Assembly (NCBI GenBank): GCA_044892505.1
Contig: CM097882.1
Location: 385,268,001 to 385,332,000 of the forward strand
Reading direction: 5' to 3'
Source: Schmidtea nova
Taxonomy: Eukaryota
DNA length: 64,000 nucleotides
Shown: piece by piece, positions 53,039-64,000 of the stretch
How positions within the stretch are numbered: position 1 is the stretch's first letter
Layout of the letters: each line of letters starts with the position of its first letter
Position numbers and translations under genes: made by a program
The notes under the pieces: model-generated
Database searches by the model: none
What the model was told of the DNA's origin: nothing
What the model saw: the letters and a program-made list of their open reading frames with translations, nothing else

Positions 53039-53302
53039 CATAATTATCTTTTTTCACCTTTGATCTTTTTTTATTATTATTATCAATAATTCTTATAATG
53101 ACTATAGATCAAATTTTTTTTATTATTATTATCAATAATTCTTATAATGACTATAGATCAAATTTTTTTTTATAAACAATAACACAATATTTCGGCACAG
53201 CCTTTATCAAGTGTGTATACACACTTGATAAAGGCTGTGCCGAAATATTGTGTTATTGTTTATAAAAAAAAATTTGATCTATAGTCATTATGAGAATTAT
53301 TG

Positions 53303-53310
<8 letters not shown>
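52350..53310. repeat. Cluster of at least 4 family B copies alternating in orientation around (TA)n
   Basis: Cores at 52405-52437(-), ~52856(+, mutated), 53182-53214(-) and 53221-53253(+); (TA)n at ~52975-53035 and ~53305-53380. Confidence 0.88.
52559..52657 (+). repeat. 12-bp tandem repeat (aagagttaatca), ~7 imperfect units
   Basis: Directly visible; translates as (RVNQ)n in one stop-free frame, 52485-52682. Confidence 0.85.
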
Positions 53311-53385
<75 letters not shown>

Positions 53386-53969
53386 TAACACTTCTTGAAA
53401 AAAGAATGATGTTTATCCTTGAATTTTTTCTTAAAGTGTTGTCTTAACAGTGAAATGAAATGAAAATATTATTTTAATTAATTATTTACACATTTTTATT
53501 TAAAACATTTACAATTTAAAAAATAAATTGAGATAATTTAATATAATCATTAATAATACCTAGGTCAAATTTAATAACCTTTTTGATTAATTTATCTTTA
53601 TATAATATAGTATTTGCCGATAAATATATGACAGAATTATAAATATAATTTTACAATAATATTATTTAAAATATAATTTATTAGATTGTATAATTAGAAA
53701 TTAAAATATTTACAATATATTTTTTCTAACCTTGTTTTAATTTACTTTCAGACAGAATGACAAACAGGCAAAATTGTAGCTTTCTTATATTAATTAAAAA
53801 CTATTTAAAATTGATCAGATATTTGAAGTCGTTAATGGTAAAAAGATGAATAATAAATTTGAAGATTATTCAAAATATAAAGCAAAGATATAAATAATAA
53901 AGAACATCATTTAAAAATATCGTAACAACTTGAAATAATTTCTACCATTTTAATCTTTGATCATTTAAG

Positions 53970-54154
53970 CCTGCTGGTAAATTAAGAAGTAAAAGTGCCG
54001 GCTCGGTTGATCGACGACCAAGTGAAATTTATCACGAAGACAATCATAATAAGACATCTATGGATACTTCTCGAACGAGCAGTGCACGAAACCTTAATAA
54101 CAACTCCGCCAAAGGACAGCCATGGAGAACAGCAGCGAGGGCTATAAGATATAA
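53970..54154 (+). CDS. CEP78: CEP78 homologue exon
   Basis: tttaag acceptor. Ends in QPWRTAARAIRYK, matching the CEP78 motif LPWRTAERAKRHR. gtcagt donor, phase 2. Confidence 0.8.
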
Positions 54155-54198
54155 GTCAGTTAATACAATTGTAGAATGTCAATAAAATCCTTTCACAG

Positions 54199-54460
54199 AG
54201 GATATCCGCCTGATCACATTCCTGGGAAAAATAATATTGAAGAACATTTTGAAGAAAATGATGAAATTGAGAAAATTGAAAATTCTCATAAAAAGTCTGA
54301 AAGAGTACCTCAGAAAGTGCAAATCGAACAGAGATCATTGTCAAAAAACAGACAAAATTCAATAACAACCGATGACGAGCAAACAAGTTCTGTTGTATCT
54401 CCATTAATTAACGGCACAGAACAATATCCACCAATTCCAAAATCTGTCAAAGATTTAAAA
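54199..54460 (+). CDS. CEP78: CEP78 homologue exon
   Basis: Follows a 44-nt intron ending tttcacag. Splicing restores ...AIRYK-GYP (CEP78 AKRHR-GFP). Open to a gtaaat donor at 54461. Confidence 0.8.
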
Positions 54461-54776
54461 GTAAATTTTTGGTATTTCTTTTTATTAAAATTGTTGTAAT
54501 TCTTCTAAAAATAGACAAATTCATTAAATATTAATTTTTCTAATGACATTTTCATCAGTGGTTTGGATAGACTTTTCAAATTCAGATGATGAAAATTTAT
54601 GTTTCTCTTTCATATTATTTATTTAATAAATCTTTGGCAGAAATAAGTTTTTGTTATTTAGCTGATCATATATCAATTAAATTTAAAGAATAATATAATT
54701 TTGTATGTTCTCAACGTGACATGTAAAATTCAAAACATATTTTAATATTTAAAAAATGAATTAAAATAATATATAT

Positions 54777-54863
54777 ACACTTGATAAAGGCTGTGCCGAA
54801 ATATTGTGTTATTGTTTATAAAAAAAATTTTGATCTATAGTCATTATGAGAATTATTGATAAT

Positions 54864-54949
<86 letters not shown>

Positions 54950-55045
54950 ATCAATAATTCTCATAATGACTATAGTCATTATGAGAATTATTGATAATAA
55001 TAATAAAAAAAGATCAAAGGTGAAAAAAGATAATTATGATAATAT
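54777..55045 (+). repeat. Family B copy interrupted by (TA)n with local duplication
   Basis: Exact core at 54777-54809; the tail resumes after the microsatellite. Confidence 0.85.
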
Positions 55046-57254
55046 ATATATATATATAATATTTTGTTATTAATAAATTTTGGATTTGAATTATTTACGG
55101 ACTTTTGAATAGTAGTTCTCTAAAGATCAGTAGCACTAATAGTCATCTTAAAATAATAATTTTACCGTAAAAACATAGTTTTTAAAATTATTTTTTTTTC
55201 ACTCTTCATTTTTATTCAAACTGAAATTGCAATATGCGTTCATAATGCTATGAAATATTTATTCAAACTTCTATAACATATTTTAGATATAATTACGTTT
55301 TCTCTTTAATCCGAAATTAATGAATAGATAAGAATTTATATTGAAATAAAAAAATAACACTAGATTTGACATATCAATATTTTTTTAATTAGCCCACTTT
55401 CCGTGATCGGATCGATCTGAAATTTTGATAGCAAAATTTGCGTGGCACAATCAATTAATCAATCAAACGCGAAATTAATACAGAGAAAGTAAAACATTTA
55501 TTTTCTATCCCATGTTCTTAATTCTTTCTCTAAATTATTTCCGTTGAGTGTTAGACTTTAACGTGAGCAAAATCATGTTAGAAATTCAACATATTCTATA
55601 AAAATGCTACATAGAATAATAGAAATATGATTAATGAGTAGATGCGTCATGTTACTGCGATGCAAGTTTCTTTCAAAGTAATAGGTATTGGATAATGATA
55701 ATTTCTGCGGCCAAATATGGAAAATAAAATCGTTAAAATTAAGTCCCGTTACTTTTTTTCCTTTCATCCGAAATATTATTTACTCTCCCATTGCGATTTC
55801 GATAAAATGGTCAGCGTTTTAAAATATAAAAAATAATTTTATCTCTTGTAAGTTTATTTATTTAGATTTTTTATGTACTGGAAATGATTTTCCAATTAGA
55901 TTCTTTTCAAAAATTATCTCTGTTTACGGATATTACAACGTAAGGAGAGGAGAAATATTAATTTATGAAAAACAGTAAAGCACAGTGAATTATTCCTCGG
56001 AAATTATTATTAAGAGTCTAATTCGTGATTAACTCACAAAGGTGTTAATAATAATTAATTTAAATCAGATTTATATTTTAAAAACATCCGTTTTATATTT
56101 TTAATTATATATCATTTATACATTATTATATGGAAAATCACCAGTGATCAAATATTATTTCATTAATTTTCATTTTTTCAGACAATAGATCAATTTTTCC
56201 GTTTTTAAATTCAATAAGAATTTCAAGTTCTATTCAAAAAATTCTGAAAAAATGAGAAAAAAACGAAATCATAAAAATGTGCATAAATAGAATTCTGTCA
56301 TCTTATAAAAATGAAGGGAAAATAAATTGTAGATTGCCTTCAGCAAATTATTAATAATTTCATTTTTTCTCTAATTCGTATGTTTTCATTTTGATTAACT
56401 TTATTTTAGTTTAGATTTTTATTAAAAATATTTAAAAATTCTCAAATATATTTGAATACTGTCAAACTTATTATCAATTATAATTAATTGGTTGTAATTG
56501 CGCTTGGATATTTTTATTGGTATTCGCCTAAACGGGATAAAATACCATATTTTTAGGGTGACATTAATTATGAAAAATATTTACCTTTTATGTCTCATGT
56601 AATAATTTTTTATTTATTAAATATAATATAGCTCGATATAATATAGGTCATCTTCATTTGTTTCAGACTATATATCAATCTTTTTATTTATATGACACAT
56701 TTTTTTTGTAAATCTTTTTCTAACGGCTTTTTCTTGAAAAATGCTTTTGCTGAAAATTCTTGTCAAATAAAAAAAATTATTTTATATATATATATATATA
56801 AATTATTTTTTCTTTCAAGAAATAATTTGAAAAATTTTAGATGCATCGGTTGCTCGAACATTGTTGACCACAAACAATTTGTGAAATTTCTAAAATATTA
56901 TTGCGAGATTTTATTGAGTGCAATTTTTGCTGCTAATATTGTCGATTATAAAATAGTTTTAGAAATTCAATAATATCTATATAATAATTGTAAGACTACA
57001 GATCAAAGATTTTTTTGGTTGTTAGATTCACGATATTTTAGCACAGCCTTAATCAAGTGTGTATTAACTCAAAAATGATATGATAATTTGATTTGTAATC
57101 TTAAAAAAATTAATATGAAAATTATTGAATTAAAAAATAAAGATCAAAAGTAAAAGATAATTATGATAGTTTTAGAAATATAAAAATGTGAACTAAGTTA
57201 TCTGTACTAACGAATGACAGTTTGAATGACAGAATCGGGAAGTTTTATATATAT

Positions 57255-57335
<81 letters not shown>
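57255..57335. repeat. (TA)n microsatellite (others at ~3630-3676, ~52975-53035, ~53305-53380, ~54868-54945)
   Basis: Directly visible dinucleotide runs. Confidence 0.95.
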
Positions 57336-57339
<4 letters not shown>

Positions 57340-57641
57340 TATTTATATGAGTATTTATAATAACAATTTTTACTAATATTGCTTGATTCAAATCTGAGAA
57401 AGTTTAGAAATTTCATTCATTACAAATCATCCAAAAACCAGTTTTGATAATTCTGCGATTTTATGTGATTTGATCGATGGATTGAATTTCTTGTTTACAA
57501 CTCATCGATTTCTATATGAAATAATTGATTGGAGATCTATTGAATAATTTAATCAATAAATTTTTACTTAACATAAAAAAAGACATCTTTCGTCTTAACC
57601 AAAAAATCTGGAAAATTTTTTTCAATTTTTTTTCTTTTTAG

Positions 57642-57719
57642 ACAGAAATTTTTCATTTGCGAGAGCAGCTAGACAAATATCATAAAGATAAATCAGATAT
57701 TGAACTGAAATTGGACGAG
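57642..57719 (+). CDS. CEP78: CEP78 homologue exon (start of coiled coil)
   Basis: Long poly-T tract plus tag acceptor, gtaatt donor. 78 nt, phase 0/0. Encodes TEIFHLREQLDKYHKDKSDIELKLDE, a coiled-coil-like segment resembling CEP78 [24 protein letters not shown]. Confidence 0.7.
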
Positions 57720-57967
57720 GTAATTTTATTTTTAATAATCAACCTTAGTTTTTTAATAAAATGAATCATTCAATTTGTTAGTCTTTTCTTTCTTCACTCT
57801 ATTTTACAAATTTATGTATTATTATTTGTTTTTACAATTTTTCATGTCAAAATGAAGTATCATGAATTAATTTAATAAATTCAAAAAAATTGCAAATACG
57901 GAATGTGTATGAAGTTATTACTTTTGTTCGCGTGCAGGAACAATCTAATAGCATTTTGTATATATTT

Positions 57968-58420
57968 TCCAGTTACAGTTGATCTTTTGCTGTAAGTTAC
58001 TAACTTGCTATCTTAAGTTGAGATTCTTTCAAAATCATGATTGACAAAGCTGTTCATGATTTATAGAGCTTTCTCAGAAATGCCTATATCGAGATTGACT
58101 TGTCGCAGTACCTTGTAAATAAAGATGTTGTAGCTTTATTTATGTTTGTGAATTATTTCTTTCTCCGTTTTGATGGCTTTAGGAACAATTACAGATTTAA
58201 TCTCATTATCAAATGGTATATGATTTTTAAAGTCTGATAAAGATTAACTTTCCATTAACTTTCCAGTATTCATTTCGAAAGGATAAGTTTTGATTTGCAT
58301 TACTCAATTATGAACTGCATTTAAGGAGTCTTCACTTGTAACATCATACATGAAAATTAAACCTATAGTGCTTCGATAAGAAGCAGTAGTTATCGTCGGA
58401 TATCGTTGCTGATCATTCAT
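57968..58420 (-). pseudogene. Rab3-like small GTPase pseudogene fragment
   Basis: [42 protein letters not shown] aligns with Rab3 [43 protein letters not shown] (W replaced by a stop). Downstream INCNW resembles the C-terminal xNCNC prenylation motif. Confidence 0.75.
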
Positions 58421-59269
58421 TAAATCAAAAAAATTCCAATTCGAGTTCCTCAAAAATATTAACAGTTTTAAAAATCCAATTTACATTTATTTACTCCAAA
58501 AAACCACAGAATTTAAAATCAAAATTTTTATAACTAAAGATGACTAAACTGATCCAAAATTGATCTAATTAAATTTAAATCAATAATAAATTCAGAAAAT
58601 CCAAAAATTAATTCCAACAAACTTGCACACACTCGCGAGAACCTCACAAAAGCGCACACATACGAAAAAATAAATTAAAATCCACACACACACTTACATA
58701 CTAAGGCAGAAATTCTCTATCTGGCTGCAGCCGAAACAACTGTATACATATATCTCTCGCTTTACACAGAATAAAGGATTCTCAATAAACCATGTAAATC
58801 GAAAATGAATTTTTTTATGGAAAACCGTGGAAATCGAAAACAACGATAAATGTTCTTTTTCAGTCATTTTTGGAACATAAAATACGAGTTTAATCATATC
58901 AGTTTAATCATATAAAACTTAAAAATAACAATTTAATTAATTTGTAAAATGAAAAATATAACAAAAAATATATTTCATAGAGATAAACAAATAAACTTTT
59001 TACAAATAAAAATAATTAACAGAAAAATAATTATAAGTAAAACTTAGCCTTCTGACAGATTGCTATCATTAATACTTTCAACGGTAGATATTTTTTTACT
59101 GATATGTATAATATCACTTTCATTACAGGAAAATATTATTTCATAAGACTCTGTTTTGACAGTTGATGTATTAGGTTGAAATCAGTTCGGTGATCCTTGA
59201 AAATAAAATTTGTAATTAGCAATTGTGATTTATTTCTAGTCATATCTTTGGAGACCTCATCATATTGAA

Positions 59270-60020
59270 TTAAACATTTGTTAATATTTTGTTGAAATCG
59301 GAGAGCTCATTCAAATTTTTTTTCTTTCTCAAGTCCCTCGCGAACAACTTTTGCTGTGAATGCATTCGGTTCATATTTATCAATATAATAATTAACATCA
59401 TTTTCATTTTAATTTTTTTAACAATGTCAATTAAGTCATTTTCATTTAATTCTTTGTCTGCCATTATTCCAATAAAATCTACCTCGGCTAAATGTTCGAT
59501 ACCTTCTCTACCCAATATATAAGCCGGCTCACTTTTCTGAGAATATTTTTGCTCTATAGTTATTCTAGGATTTTCATCTTTAACTACATCAGGTCACACT
59601 GCTTCCCAACATGCATGGATCGTTGATTTTTTAATCTCACCTTATTACACTCCTATATGATTAACATATTCTAAGAGGATATTCATCATTTAACCAATTG
59701 ATTTGACTTTTTACTGCTTTATGGATATGCTTATGTTTAACTATTGGTTATGTTTAGTTAAAATAGTATATTACTCTATCAGGCATTTTCCCCCAAAATA
59801 AATCAGACTTGTCAGCATTCAAAACCTGATCAGGAGTGAAGGATTTACCGGCACTAATTTCATCAAAGTTTTGTTTATATTGTTGTGCAACATCTGAATC
59901 AGCAGATGCTGACTCACCTCTTAATTTTAGATTATGCAAAGAATATTTTTGGTTAAATCTTTCGAACCAACCATGACTTGTGCAAAAAAGAACCTTATTC
60001 GAGGAAGTAGATGACAATTG
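59270..60020 (-). pseudogene. Tigger/pogo (CENP-B/DDE_1) transposase remnant
   Basis: FCTSHGWFERF...LRGESASAD...DQVLNADKSDLFWGKMPDR plus a C-terminal fragment; element ends not resolved. Confidence 0.75.
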
Positions 60021-60371
60021 ATTCGTAATTTTTCATAAATTTTTAAAGCCTTATTTGTATTTGTATCGGTATCAGTTGGATTCCGTTTTTGATTTAGGTC
60101 TTCCAGCAAACTCATTAATGCTTTTTTGCATAGTTTCCATTTCTTACATGTGAAGCTGTACTCATACTCGTACACTTTAATAATATTTAATTCTTGATAA
60201 TAATTAAAAAATCCAATATATAATAAAAGTATATAAAAATCATAAGAACAAATGGCAAAATTATATTCAATTATAATTATAAATTATTTGAACTTCTCAC
60301 TAATACTTAAATATTAACCATAAAATTCAACTGTTTTCAATAATTATTTAGTAATAATATAATATTAATAT

Positions 60372-60780
60372 CAATAATTCCCATAATGGTAAGACTATAG
60401 ATCAAAATTTCTTTAAATAAGTACTTATTTTAAATGTATACTTATAGAAAGAAATTTTGATCTATAGTCTTACCATTATGGGATTTATTGATATTAATAT
60501 TAAAAAAAGATCAAAGGTGAAACAAAAAGATAATTATAATAATAATATAATGGCTATTAAATTTTAAAAAAAAACAAGTAAAAAAAATTTTTTTTTGATT
60601 TCATTTTTTTCAGACAACAGATCAAAATAATTTTTCTCTGTTATTCAACACAAATTTTCGGCACTGGCTTTTTAAGTGTTAAATAAATAACACTTGGAAA
60701 GGTTAGTGCCAAAATTTTGTGTAGAATAATAGAAAATAATAATTATTATTATTGTTTGATCTATTGTCTGAGAAAAAATA
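60372..60780. repeat. Family B palindrome lacking the core (60372-60545) plus a diverged subfamily inverted pair (~60600-60780)
   Basis: gactatagatc...gatctatagtc palindrome, then cacaaattttcggcactggctttttaagtgtt opposed to aacacttggaaaggttagtgccaaaattttgtgt. Confidence 0.7.
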
Positions 60781-61165
60781 AAAATAAATATTTTTTAAAC
60801 TGGCTTATTAGTTATTATTTAACAACGATTTTTGTATTTTCTATCCTTCCAACATCATATGTCTTTTATTCATCCAAGCAATGACAATTTAAACAAGACA
60901 TTTTGTAATAATAAATATAAAATGTTTTATTTTAACCTCTACAAAATGCTTCATAGAGCTCTGGATTAAAAGATTTGAAGATTTACACTAATGATGTTTG
61001 AATTATGGATGGAAAATTAATTCAGTTAAGTAATGATTTTGAGCTGAATTCGTTGTTGAAGAAATATTAGGAAAATATTTGGTTAGATAAAATAAATTAT
61101 TTTTTTCTTATATTTAATGTATTGACAAAGTTTGTTTTATTGAACTTTCGATATCATTATTTGTA

Positions 61166-63923
61166 TTAGGTTGAACCAAAAATAATTGTCGTTTTATTCG
61201 TTTAAACTTTGATGCTCATTTTCTTATTAATGTTAATTTATTAATTTATTAATCCTCTTATTATTTATGTTAATTTTTTTGTTTTCGTTGTTTTTGTTAA
61301 ATATTTTCTGTTTATATTAAAGATGGAAAAAGTGCAAATTTGATCGATTTTATTGTATGAGTTCCAATAAGGCCATAATGAATAGGAAGCTGGTCGCGAT
61401 ATCATCCAAGCATTTGGCCAGAAGTCGATCAATGAACGTACAGCTCGGTATTGGTTCCAAATACAGTCGGATCCGCTTTATTTGGACACATCGGGACTTG
61501 GGCATTTTTGTCCCAATTAAGCGGCTGTCCCAATTAAACGAATTTCACATTTTTTTAAATTCATATACATATTTGGTTTGGGCAACTAAGGCCATTAACC
61601 AGTAATACACACATAAAATTAAACAATGCATATTTCTTTCATTAATTTTATTTTAAAAACTCTTGGAAATTATAAATTATGTACATATAATATAAATTAT
61701 CATATAAATTACAAATAATATAAATTTAAAAAAAAAATAATAATAAATTCCTAATTAAAATAATAAATGTATACATACAAATTAATTCAATGTAAAAATG
61801 AGTCAAGTGTAGTCTGTCTTTTGTTTTTGTAACATTTCGCTTCTACAAATTCAGCATTATCATCGTAACATGGTAAATTGTTATCTATTGTTGAAAATTT
61901 TTCAGTTATTAATAGTAAGTTGCAACATATTCTCTTTTTCTTCATTGCTTAAAATTTCGGGAATCTCTAAGGGTTTAAAGCCGCAATTAATAAAACAGTT
62001 ATGTATTGAGGTGGTTTTTATAGCTCGCCAACTGTCAGCGACAAACTGTATTGCTTGTAAAAGGGAAATTTCTGAACTAATCTCTCTGATTGTTGTAGAA
62101 CTTATTAATAAATTTTCATCAATGGATTATAATATGTAATTAACCAATTTTCCACGATCCAGAGTCTTAAAATGTTTTATTACCCCCATGTCCATTGGTT
62201 GCACTAATGATGTGGTATTAGGAGGAAGAAATTTCAGCTGTATATTTTTTAGATTGTCTAAATGAGGGTGTTCCGCACAATTGTCAACTAGCAGCAAAGT
62301 CTTTCTTTGTTTAAGTTCTAACTTTTTGATCCAACTCGTAAGCCAATTTCGAAAAGTTTCAGAAGTCATCCACGCATTTTTGTTTGCGTGGTACTCCACT
62401 GGTAGACACTTCATTCTTAACCCCTTAAAACATCGAGGTCTAGCATTTTTTCCTGTGATCAGTAGCTTTCGTTAGTCAGTACCTGACATATTTGTACAGC
62501 CTAACACAGTAATGCGGTCCATCGTGTCGTAAGACACGCGATATGGTAGATTTTGGTACACCAGTTATCTCATCGAGCTGACGATAACTTGTTTTAAGAG
62601 GCTGGCTTTTTATTTTATCTAGCAAAGCAATTTTAAGTGTCAAATCATTGGCATTTTGGCAAGGGTCAAATATCTGAGAAATAAAATTGACAAAAAATAA
62701 GTTTAACTGAATAAATACGTAACAATTGAGACAGTAGGCTCAACTCTCACAGCTTTAATGATTGGTGCGGCTTGGCGCCGATCATTAAAGCTGACTACGT
62801 AAAAATTAAGTGACACCTTATTAAAAACAGCACATATGAATGAAAAACAACGCATCATGTCAAATTCTTTGTACATATTTTTTCTTGAGAATATGTGTAA
62901 AGTAATATGTACTGTGATCTTAAATTTATTGTCCCAATTAAGTGGAATGTTGTCCCAATTAAACATATAAATTTACTGTTGGTTCCTTGGTTTGGTTTCT
63001 GTTCTTTGAGATTTGGCCCAAATAAGCGGCTGTCCCAATTAAGCGGAATCGACTGTATTTCGTAGTGGAAATGAAAGCCGTGAAGGTGCTGAAAGTCGCG
63101 GACGTCTTTCTGTAATTGTCGACGATCGATTGAGGGCAATTATTGAAACAGACCCAAGCAAAACAACTCGAAAACTTGCAGAGGAACTGAACATTGGTCA
63201 TTGAACATTTGTTTGACATTTGCACCAAAAATCAAAAAAGCTCGACAAATTGAAAATCAAAAGTTCCGCCCTTACAAAGTCTACTCCTGTCTTATTTTGC
63301 TCACAAAACCGAGTTTATTTGTCGATCGCATAGTGACATGTGATTAAAATAGATGAAGGTCCAAAAAATTTCTTAAAACAAAATCTCCATCAGTGTTTGG
63401 TGGTCAGCAAATGAAATCATCTACTACAACTTCTTGAATCCTGACGAAACTATAACATCAGACAAGTTTTGTAATATAATCAACAAAATGCACCAAGAAA
63501 TTCAGCGTTTACGTCCATCATTGCTCAATCGTAAAGGACCAATTCCTCTCCATAGCAACGTTTGACCACATGTTGCAAAAGTGAATCTGCAGAAATTGAA
63601 CAAACGGCGCTACGAGACTCTATCTCATCCAGCTTTATCACCAGACGCCTCGTCATTCAACTACTACTTTTACAAGCATCTCGACAACTTCCTTCAAAAG
63701 AAAGTTTTAAACAATCAAACAGAAGTTAAAATAGCCTTCGAAGACTTCATTGATTTCAGAACTCAAGAATTCTATGTTAAAGGAATAATTAAACATGTTT
63801 TTGTTGGCAAACGTTTGTAGATTCGAGTGGTTTTATTTTGATTAATAGACTTTATTCTAACCTAAGATATAAAGATTTAAAATTTATGGTTGAAAATGGC
63901 AATTATTTTTTGTGCAAGCCTAA
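61166..63923 (+). mobile_element. Defective Hsmar1/cecropia-like mariner interrupted by a Tigger element
   Basis: TIRs ttaggttgaaccaaaaataattg / caattattttttgtgcaagcctaa with TA flanks. MEKVQI*SILLYEFQ...NERTARYWFQ continues after the insert as FRSGNES...LRAIIETDP...; later YETLSHPALSPDASSFNYYFYKHLDNFL. Confidence 0.88.
61464..63055 (-). mobile_element. Tigger/pogo element nested in the mariner
   Basis: TIRs cagtcggatccgctt / aagcggaatcgactg with TA TSDs (61462-63 and 63056-57). DDE_1 fragment YHANKNAWMT...LLLVDNCAEHP...FLPPNTTSLVQPMDMGVIK. Confidence 0.9.
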
Positions 63924-64000
63924 TATTTTGTCAAACATGTTAATGACAATTATATTTATAAAAGTTAAATCTTTTATCCTCTTCACTTTTGATCGCTACT

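Noticed and set aside
3941-54404. Opposite-strand ORFs 3941-4144, 37912-38448, 54156-54404 and ORFs 25458, 25678, 25808 overlapping the 392-aa gene
   Set aside because: These are shadows or alternative frames of better-supported coding sequence.
54846-57416. ORFs with YIYIYI runs (54846-55073, 57207-57416)
   Set aside because: These are translations of (TA)n microsatellites.

Overview
Very AT-rich eukaryotic (metazoan) genomic DNA from a gapped assembly, with N-runs at about 5411-5844, 16969-17216, 20781-21122, 23678-23904, 24096-24225, 29290-29573, 30024-30171 and 38213-38400. The composition and mariner load would fit a triclad flatworm, but the organism is only an inference. One spliced + strand gene spans almost the whole window: a CEP78 (centrosomal LRR protein) homologue. 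I traced 7 phase-consistent exons (4006-4109, 37916-38204, 41151-41215, 45473-45595, 53970-54154, 54199-54460, 57642-57719); its 5' and 3' exons were not located. Its introns contain a nested antisense intronless 392-aa membrane-protein ORF, a Rab3-like pseudogene fragment and many transposon relics (mariner, Tigger/pogo, hAT, MULE with tandem-repeat TIRs, Merlin, Polinton-type PolB, Penelope). The most striking signal is a set of hammerhead-ribozyme (HHR) retroelements. (A) A non-coding 381-nt-period retrozyme-like repeat has a canonical minimal type I HHR, a U1-snRNA-like 5' 14-mer and a Pol III-like box layout. (B) A high-copy ~130-bp repeat carries a candidate variant HHR with a compensatory U3-A8 core. 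(C) A Penelope-like GIY-YIG fragment has HHR-bearing inverted pLTRs. All calls come from reading the sequence and from remembered family motifs; no database search or folding program was run.
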